DNA of 64,000 nt, taken from contig OZ244999.1 of assembly GCA_965223265.1 (NCBI GenBank), positions 8,544,001-8,608,000 of the forward strand. The letters are read 5' to 3'. The position numbers were made by a program, and so were the translations under genes. The stretch is from Planctomycetota bacterium (lineage in GTDB: Bacteria; Planctomycetota; UBA8108; SXIK01). A model generated the notes under the pieces. The model worked only from the letters and a program-made list of their open reading frames with translations, was not told the origin of the DNA and did no database searches. How positions within the stretch are numbered: position 1 is the stretch's first letter; every line of letters starts with the position of its first letter. Of this stretch, positions 57,019-64,000 are shown one piece after another.

Positions 57019-57193
57019 CCTCCCCCTCCCACGCCCACGCCCACTTCCCCTCCCACTCCCCCTCCCACACGGACTCCCCCTCCCACTCCCCCTCCCCCTC
57101 CCACGCCCACGCCCACGCCCACGCAAACGCCCACGCAAACGCCCACGCCCACGCAAACGCAAACGCAAACGCAAACGCAAACGCGAACGCAAC
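57019..57193. repeat. C-rich hexamer tract grading CCCCTC/CCACTC > CCACGC > AAACGC
   Basis: Directly visible; same units as at 22271-22436. Confidence 0.9.
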
Positions 57194-57393
57194 AAGATTT
57201 GCCGACACGTCGAGCCTGCCCGCTTCTGACAGAGACCGAACCAGCGACGGACGCCGGCCCCACGATGGCCCGGGCAGCTGGAAACTCGTCCGCGATCGCC
57301 GCCGCGGATCCGTTACACTACGCAGGCCGCCGGTTCGTTCTGGACTGGTTGGCGCGTCGAGGTGTCATCCAGTGCAAGGCTTGCAGGTGATTC

Positions 57394-58659
57394 ATGGGAC
57401 CGTTGACTGAGTTTGTTCGCAGCCTACCGATTACCGACGTGCACGAGCACCATCTGCCTGAGGTTTTCCTCAACCGCGATGTCGGCCTGCTCGATCTCCT
57501 TCATCAGAGTTATGCCGGCTGGACGCAGGCGCGCCCGTATCCCCTACCGTCAGAGGCACGTGAGGAGGATCCGATGCTTGCCAGTCGCGGCGAGGGTTCA
57601 TGGGAGGAGGTCGCGCGCTTTGTCGAAGGGAGTGGCTCGTCGACGTTTGTGCGTAACCTCGTTTGTGCTTTGATTGAGCTTTACGACCTCGACCCGTCTG
57701 GAATCACGGCCGAGAACTGGCGCGATGTGGATGCCGAGGTGCGGCGTCGTCACCGTGACCCCGATTGGCCTTCGGAGGTCATGCGGCGGGCGCGGACGAC
57801 CCACATCATCACCGACGCCTACTCCAACCCGCTCTTAGACGCACGGCCAGCACTGGGCGCTTCCTATCGCTCTGTCATGCGGATCAACGGTTTTGCCATG
57901 GGCTTTCATCCCGACCGCGCCGACCACAACGGCAACAGCGCATTCAGCTTGGCTGCGCAGCTCGGGCGTCGCCTCGATCACTTCGACGACTTTGTCGATT
58001 TTCTCGATCACGCCGTCGAAACGATGGCAGATCGAGGCCAAGTCGCGATCAAAAACGCGCTGGCATACGACCGTGATCTTTGTTTTGACGCACCGAATGA
58101 AGATCTTGCTCGCAGCGCGTGGGGGCAATTCGATCCACCTCCGGAGGCGCAGAAAGCCTTCGGCGACTTTGTTGTCGACCGATTCTGTCGGCTGGCGGCT
58201 GAGCAGGACATCCCTGTGCAGATGCACCTTGGCTCGGCTCTGATCCGCGGTTCACACCCCCTCAACGTCGCAGATCTGATCGAACGGCATCCCGCGACGC
58301 GTTTTCTTCTCATGCACTTCGCCTACCCGTGGAGCGTCGACTTGCTCGGGCTGGCGTTTGTTTACCGCAATATCTGGCTTGACCTGACATGGTCGTTTCT
58401 CCTAAGCCCGACGCATTTCAAGCGCGCTCTTCACGAAGCCATCGAAGTTTTGCCGAACGAGGCGCGGATGATGCTCGGCGGCGACAACTGGCACGCCGAA
58501 GAGAGCTACGGCACCTTCGAGTTGGCGCGCCGGTTGATCGGCGAGGTTTTGGACGAGAAGGTAGAAGCGGGTTACTTCGCTCAGCGCGACGCAGAGCGGC
58601 TTGCACGGAAGGTCTGCAGCGAGAATGCGAACGAGTTTTTCCAGTTGGATGCTGTGTGA
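57394..58659 (+). CDS. Amidohydrolase-family (TIM-barrel) protein
   Basis: DVHEH, QMHLG, LMHFAYP, GGD. Confidence 0.85.
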   Translation: MGPLTEFVRSLPITDVHEHHLPEVFLNRDVGLLDLLHQSYAGWTQARPYPLPSEAREEDPMLASRGEGSWEEVARFVEGSGSSTFVRNLVCALIELYDLDPSGITAENWRDVDAEVRRRHRDPDWPSEVMRRARTTHIITDAYSNPLLDARPALGASYRSVMRINGFAMGFHPDRADHNGNSAFSLAAQLGRRLDHFDDFVDFLDHAVETMADRGQVAIKNALAYDRDLCFDAPNEDLARSAWGQFDPPPEAQKAFGDFVVDRFCRLAAEQDIPVQMHLGSALIRGSHPLNVADLIERHPATRFLLMHFAYPWSVDLLGLAFVYRNIWLDLTWSFLLSPTHFKRALHEAIEVLPNEARMMLGGDNWHAEESYGTFELARRLIGEVLDEKVEAGYFAQRDAERLARKVCSENANEFFQLDAV

Positions 58660-58719
58660 CGTCACAGCGCTCTAATTCAGGTGCAGCCGTTAGTGTCCAC
58701 TGCGATTGCACGCAAGTCG

Positions 58720-59715
58720 CTACTTCCGCCGATCGAACCTAAACGGCCGCTTCGGGTCGTCTGTGACGATCACTTCGACTGGTGGGGCGATGCCGCCTTG
58801 GTCGACCTGCACGCGGAGGACGTTCTGCGCGTCGAACGGCCGGTCTCGCAGCCAGTTGTGTCCGTCGCCGTGCAGGTAGAGGACGGGTCGCTTGAATGAC
58901 CGCGCCGCAGCCGTGAGACCGTTGACGAAGATGGTGTGGTTCGCCGTCAGATTGGCGTGACCAAAGACGACGGCAGCGTAGATCTCGGCGCTCGCCCGAT
59001 CGAAGTGCGCTCCGACCCAAGCGGCATCGTCGGTCAAGCGTCGTCGCCACTCATTCGGGTCGTTGATGCGACCGCCGACCACGTTGACGCCGATGAAGAC
59101 GACACCGGAACGCACGAACGCAAAGTTTTCCTCACGGCCTTCCTGACGCACGACGGGAAAGTCGTGCTCCCAGCGACGATCGAAGCGGAGAAACGTTTGA
59201 GACCAGAATTCCCACGCCGCGTTCGGAATGAGGCAATCGTTCCACTCGTTGTCCCCGGGGACGATGAACGTCGGCACCTTCGAGGCGAGCAAAATTTCGG
59301 CGATGCGCTGATAGCGGGACTCGCTACACGGAGTGGAGGAGCGTTTGATGTCACCGAGGTGGACTAAGAACTCTGCCGTCGGCGGTAAGTTGAGCACCTG
59401 CTGATGCAGCAGCGCCTCTTCTTGGATGGCGTACGGCACGTCTCCCGTTGCGCAGAAAGAAACAAGTTGTTTCGAGGCCGACGCTGCTCGCGCTGCACCG
59501 TCGGCGCCCGCTGTCGCGGCGATGGGGGCTTCCGGACTGCTCGCCTGATTCGCGGCGGAGTTGTCACTGCGTGCGTGCTTTTCGGCAGGCGTCGACGCTT
59601 CGGGCTCTGCGCGAGTCCCCGGCGGGTGGGCTCCGCTGCCATTGCAGCCGCTCGCGAAATGGGTGACGGTGATGCCCACCGCTGTCATCACAAGTGCGCT
59701 ACGGAACAACTTCAT
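58720..59715 (-). CDS. Calcineurin-like metallophosphoesterase (lipoprotein)
   Basis: GDVPY, HLGDIK, PGDNEW, HGDGH; lipobox ASGC. Confidence 0.85.
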   Translation of the reverse strand: MKLFRSALVMTAVGITVTHFASGCNGSGAHPPGTRAEPEASTPAEKHARSDNSAANQASSPEAPIAATAGADGAARAASASKQLVSFCATGDVPYAIQEEALLHQQVLNLPPTAEFLVHLGDIKRSSTPCSESRYQRIAEILLASKVPTFIVPGDNEWNDCLIPNAAWEFWSQTFLRFDRRWEHDFPVVRQEGREENFAFVRSGVVFIGVNVVGGRINDPNEWRRRLTDDAAWVGAHFDRASAEIYAAVVFGHANLTANHTIFVNGLTAAARSFKRPVLYLHGDGHNWLRDRPFDAQNVLRVQVDQGGIAPPVEVIVTDDPKRPFRFDRRK

Positions 59716-59771
59716 GAACGCATCCTCGCCGCGGTGACTGACATGTCAAGAGCGCGTGTCGGGCTGTTAGG

Positions 59772-62700
59772 TTAGCCTGAATCGCGCTTGCGCAGTTCCG
59801 TCGGCTTGATGTTGAGCTGCTGCAGCCGGATGTAGAGGTTGCGCTTGGTCATGCCGAGCTCGCGAGCCATGGAATCGAGCTTGCCACCGAATCGTTCGAA
59901 GAGGTGCAGCATGTACTCACGCTTGACCGTCTGCACGACCTCATCGAAGGTGCGGTTCTCAAGGATCCACCGCGGAAAGCGCGACGAATGCCCGTCGATA
60001 CCCAGGGCCTGGCGGAGATCATTCTCGCTGACCGAGCCAACGGCCGTGAGTGCCAATCGTCGCAGTACGGACTCCAATTCGCGCACGTTTCCCGGCCACG
60101 TGTGCGCTTTGAGTGTCTCAATGGCTCCAGTCGGCAAGATCAACGGCGACGCAAGCTGTCTCTGAAACTGCTCGATCAGCGATGGTATGTCTTCTGCGCG
60201 CTCCCTAAGCGGGGGAACGTCTAGTGTGATCCGAGCCAGCCGAAAGTAAAGATCGGAGCGAAACTGTCCCTGTCGGCACAGCTCACGGAGATCTCGTTGG
60301 CTCGAGGCAATCACGCGAAGATCGAGCTCCACCGACTTCCGACCGCCGAGCGGGCGTACGCGACCAGATTCAATCGCGCGTAGAAGCTTGCTTTGAACCT
60401 CCAGGGGCAACGAGTCGACGTGGTCGAGGTAAAAGGTGCCGTGGTTGGCGGCTTCCAAGTAGCCAGGTTTCGATTTTTCGGCTCCCGTGAACGCTCCTGC
60501 CTCGTAGCCGAACAACTCGGCTTCGAACAGCTCCATTGGCACCGCTGAACAATCGTGCGCTACGAACGGCTGCTGGCGTCGCTGGCTGATCGAGTGGACG
60601 TAGCGCGCGAGGTAATCTTTGCCGCTACCCGACTCACCGCTGATCAGCACCGGGAGGTTCGATTCGCGCGTTCGATGCACCAGCGTCATGAGTTCCTTCA
60701 TGCGCGGCGATTGCCACGTGACGCGCAGTGGCGACGCAATCTCGTGGGTACGCGATCGTGACACCAACGAGGCAGTCGACTCTCCGCTCGCTTGGGCGGG
60801 TCGTGCGGCGAGATTGAAGCTACAGGCGAGGATCTGCGCTGCGACGTCGAGAAAGGCCATACACTCGCGCCTCTCCCCATGCCCCGAACCCGGCGCCAAT
60901 TCGATGTAAAGCACGCCAAGGCGCGGTTGATTCCACGACCTAACCGCCGCGCAGTAGCCACGCTTGAATTCGCTGGCGGCATTTCGCAATGCCTCCGGGC
61001 GGAGCGCTGTGAGCTGGCTCTCGCGGCTGCTACGCCGCGTGCACACGACCGTCAACTCCTCACTACTCTCACAGAAGAGCGCGCCACCGGGGGAGTGTAG
61101 CACTGCAAGGATTGACTCGATCGCCTCTCGCAGATCCGGGCACGAGCCGAGGCGGCGAAGCGCTGCGAGGCGTTGGGTCGCGCGCTGCTGCAGCTCGAGG
61201 GCCTCGAGGTAAGCGGGTGGTGCGTCGAGTCCGAGCCGGAGACGATGGTTTCGCTGTAGGTAGGTGTTCTTGTCAGCAGCGTCGAGCCGCGATGCAAAGC
61301 GCTCTTGAGTTTCGCGCCAGTTGCTGGCGGGTCCTCCGCTGCTCTCCTCGCTGTCGATGAGCTCGCCCAACCATTCCCATTCACCCAGTCGCCTTTGACG
61401 TAGCCGGCTTTCCACGCTCACCGTTCCCGAACCTGGACCCGAACCTGGAGGTGTCGCCCCTTTGGCTGATGCCAGACGGGCGCGCTGCTCGAGCAGCTCC
61501 AAGCGGACAGTGCTCGCCCGCACAGCCGTCCCGGCTGCCTCAACAAATCCCCTGACTTCCTGCATCCATTTCTCGGCCTGCGCCACGCTCGAGCGTCTGA
61601 GTTCCGTGTCGGCTAAGAGCAAGCAGCACTCAACAATGCCCGCAGGTTGCTTGTAGCGGCGAAAGGCTTGACGTGTGTCTTCGAGAACGTGAGCCGCGCC
61701 TTCGTAGTCTGCGAGTTCCATCAGGGTCGCGCCTACGAACACACGATCCCAGATTCTGGAGGAATCGATCCGATCGTTCTTAGCGGGTCTTGAGCGGATT
61801 CTTTCAACTTTTGAATCGATCAAGGCTCGGGCCGCATCGCGGTGGCCGCAAAGCGCCTCGAGGTACGCGGCCCGCGTTTCCACGGCGTGGGCGAGGTGCT
61901 CGTCGTCTTTTTTGTGGCTGTCGAGCCGTTCGATCGTGCGGCGCGCATCGAGCCAACGTCCGAAGAGAAGGTCGTTTTCGAGGAGATTGACGAGCGCGTA
62001 GCTCGTGAAGAGCGGATCTTCCAGCTCGGAAGCGTGTCGATACGCTTCGTGCCACCACTCGGCTGCGTCGTTGAGTTCGATACGCTCGATCTGCGCTCTC
62101 GTGTAGGCGACGAGCAGACGCGCCCGGGTGGAGTCTTTGACAAGCGTCGTGCGCTGTTCAACGTTCGCGAGCTTTTCACGGGCGGCGGCCAAATCTCCAA
62201 CGCGGGCAAGAATGCTTGCGACGTTACATTCGATGCTGAACTTCGCCGTGTCGTCACCGAGTTCTCCTGCCAATCCCGCCGCACGTTTGTACACTTTGAG
62301 CGCTTCTGGCAAGCGGTTTGCCTGCATGTATGCGACGCCCAGGTTGTTGAGGATCAACGACAGCGCCTTTTCCGACGCACCGTCGCGCGCATGCTCGAGG
62401 CACTTGGAGTACTCCTCGATGGCGCGATCGTACTCGAGTTGCCTCAAGAAGGTATGCCCGGTGACGGAGTGGAGGTTCAGCGCGTGGGTTGAGTACGTCG
62501 CAGGTCCGAGGTCCTGCGCTCGTTCCGACGCAAGAATCTCGAGGCCGTGGTGGGCGAACGTCGTCGCGTGAGCGAACTTGTTCTGGTAGAGGTCGAGCGC
62601 CGCGATCTCATTGAGGATGTGGAGATGTTCGTCAACGTCGTCAACCCCCTCGAGCTCTTCGAGTCCCGCCTCGAGAAGCCGACGTGCCTGCGCCGTGTCG

Positions 62701-63998
62701 CCCCGCCGCTGCCGCGCTCCACCGCTCTTGCGAAGGAGGCGGACGCGAGCGCGCACTGGCAGACGGTCGTCGTCCAGTACTGCCTCGTAGCAAGCGACGG
62801 CGGCCTCCAGCTCCCCGATCTTTTGGTGGAGGTCGCCTTGTTCTTCCAGAAGATGCCGTTGATAAGGCTGCCGGGGTTGACTAGCGAGGATCGCTTTCGA
62901 TACCTCGAATGCAGCGTCGACTCGACCTTGGCTCTGAAGTTCATGGAAGACATCGATCGCGTAGGTCAAATCGTGCTCTTCGACCTGATTGGAAGAGACC
63001 AAGTAGATCGCAGCTTCGAGCTTCTTCTGCAGGTCATGAAAAGCCAGATCTCGAGCCCTTCTTCCGAACTGGCCTCGGTAACGACCCACGTCCGACGGTT
63101 TGAGATGGCGATGCCACTTAGCAGAATTGTCGCGAATCCCGAAACGGCGAGCCTCCGACTTGACGAGTCCCGCATCACAGAGGAGCTTCAGGGAGCGCCG
63201 CACCGAAGTTAGAGGTAGCCCGGTGACGTCGGCGAACACTTTCGCAGGGTATGGGCGGATCGCGGCTGCGAGAGCGCTCGCGACTTCCTTGTCTTCTGCG
63301 CTGAGATTCGGCCATTCGTCGTCGTCTTGCTGCGCCGCGGAGTGAATCGCGGCGCGATCGTCACACAGCTCGGTGAGGCGCCCCGGCAATCCATCGGCTC
63401 GCTCAACAATCCGCGCGATCTCCGTTGACGACAGGCGCGGAGCCAACCCGCGGGCGATCTGCGTTGCTGCCTGTGTGTTGACACCTGTGAGGCACAGCGA
63501 GACGCCTTTTTCGCCGGCCAGTTGATCGATTCCTTCTTCGAGGTCGACGGCGGCGATCGTGATGGCTAGCTGCACGGCTCCTGACGTCTGATGTACGGCT
63601 CCGGCAAGTCCTTGGAGCGTACGCCACAATGCCTCGCTGACCCCGGCATCCGCATCGATCACGAGAGCGAGTCGCGGGATCTTGTGTCTTTGGAGCGCTT
63701 CGACGGTCGATGCCCAGTTGTGTTTGCGAGATCCATCAGGTGTGACCAAGCGCGGGCGTGTCTTGAGCGTCGGTCTAGACAGCTTGTCTTCGTCGAGGTT
63801 GGCGAGGCTTGTGATGAGGGATGCTGCGGCTTCGGTGTCCGCGCTTTTGAGAGTCAAGGTCATGAATTCGGCGGCCACAAGCTCGGTCTCGAAGTGCTCC
63901 AGCAGTCTTGTCTTGCCGGAGCCCAGTGGGCCGGTGATCGCAAACGCGGAGACGCACTCGGTCGTCGCTTGTTCCAGCCAACTGAGGAAGCTTTGGAG
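59772..63998 (-). CDS. AAA/STAND-like ATPase + TPR + sigma-54 interaction domain + Fis HTH regulator; 5' truncated by the window edge
   Basis: Frame is open to the window end with Walker A GPLGSGKT; TPRs; GESGSGKD, GAFTGA, WPGNVREL. Confidence 0.88.
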   Translation of the reverse strand, partial: LQSFLSWLEQATTECVSAFAITGPLGSGKTRLLEHFETELVAAEFMTLTLKSADTEAAASLITSLANLDEDKLSRPTLKTRPRLVTPDGSRKHNWASTVEALQRHKIPRLALVIDADAGVSEALWRTLQGLAGAVHQTSGAVQLAITIAAVDLEEGIDQLAGEKGVSLCLTGVNTQAATQIARGLAPRLSSTEIARIVERADGLPGRLTELCDDRAAIHSAAQQDDDEWPNLSAEDKEVASALAAAIRPYPAKVFADVTGLPLTSVRRSLKLLCDAGLVKSEARRFGIRDNSAKWHRHLKPSDVGRYRGQFGRRARDLAFHDLQKKLEAAIYLVSSNQVEEHDLTYAIDVFHELQSQGRVDAAFEVSKAILASQPRQPYQRHLLEEQGDLHQKIGELEAAVACYEAVLDDDRLPVRARVRLLRKSGGARQRRGDTAQARRLLEAGLEELEGVDDVDEHLHILNEIAALDLYQNKFAHATTFAHHGLEILASERAQDLGPATYSTHALNLHSVTGHTFLRQLEYDRAIEEYSKCLEHARDGASEKALSLILNNLGVAYMQANRLPEALKVYKRAAGLAGELGDDTAKFSIECNVASILARVGDLAAAREKLANVEQRTTLVKDSTRARLLVAYTRAQIERIELNDAAEWWHEAYRHASELEDPLFTSYALVNLLENDLLFGRWLDARRTIERLDSHKKDDEHLAHAVETRAAYLEALCGHRDAARALIDSKVERIRSRPAKNDRIDSSRIWDRVFVGATLMELADYEGAAHVLEDTRQAFRRYKQPAGIVECCLLLADTELRRSSVAQAEKWMQEVRGFVEAAGTAVRASTVRLELLEQRARLASAKGATPPGSGPGSGTVSVESRLRQRRLGEWEWLGELIDSEESSGGPASNWRETQERFASRLDAADKNTYLQRNHRLRLGLDAPPAYLEALELQQRATQRLAALRRLGSCPDLREAIESILAVLHSPGGALFCESSEELTVVCTRRSSRESQLTALRPEALRNAASEFKRGYCAAVRSWNQPRLGVLYIELAPGSGHGERRECMAFLDVAAQILACSFNLAARPAQASGESTASLVSRSRTHEIASPLRVTWQSPRMKELMTLVHRTRESNLPVLISGESGSGKDYLARYVHSISQRRQQPFVAHDCSAVPMELFEAELFGYEAGAFTGAEKSKPGYLEAANHGTFYLDHVDSLPLEVQSKLLRAIESGRVRPLGGRKSVELDLRVIASSQRDLRELCRQGQFRSDLYFRLARITLDVPPLRERAEDIPSLIEQFQRQLASPLILPTGAIETLKAHTWPGNVRELESVLRRLALTAVGSVSENDLRQALGIDGHSSRFPRWILENRTFDEVVQTVKREYMLHLFERFGGKLDSMARELGMTKRNLYIRLQQLNIKPTELRKRDSG

Positions 63999-64000
63999 CT

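Noticed and set aside
53403-57193. Diversity-generating retroelement suggested by the Avd-like gene
   Set aside because: No reverse transcriptase, and no TR/VR pair with adenine-specific mismatches in the window.

Overview
GC-rich bacterial DNA, very probably Planctomycetota: two DUF1549/DUF1553 + DUF1501 pairs, a PPC-domain protein, PQQ-like propellers and a planctomycete-type dockerin protein. About 45 genes are supported, and both terminal genes run off the window. Most content is housekeeping or typical planctomycete accessory genes (Dus, hemB, LOG, CPA1 antiporter, adenylate kinase). No rRNA, tRNA or CRISPR array was seen. The notable signals are: (1) a four-helix-bundle (Avd/IVS-like) gene between a purine-rich and a C-rich hexamer array, with gene-less copies of the same two-arm layout at 8.5 and 22 kb; (2) a 2.65-kb large-serine-recombinase element inserted in that cassette, whose ends and GC crossover can be read directly and whose excised circle would reconstitute a junction-spanning gene; (3) a lipoprotein fusing a CX5R phosphatase, a neutral-ceramidase-like domain and an outer-membrane barrel; (4) an uncalled 56-aa membrane protein with a perfect RBS, a sigma-54 promoter and an upstream palindrome; (5) a partner-switching module translationally coupled to an MlaEFD/MCE transporter; (6) a palindrome-rich intergenic region at 26.1-26.5 kb. 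All family assignments come from motif recognition by eye, not database searches.
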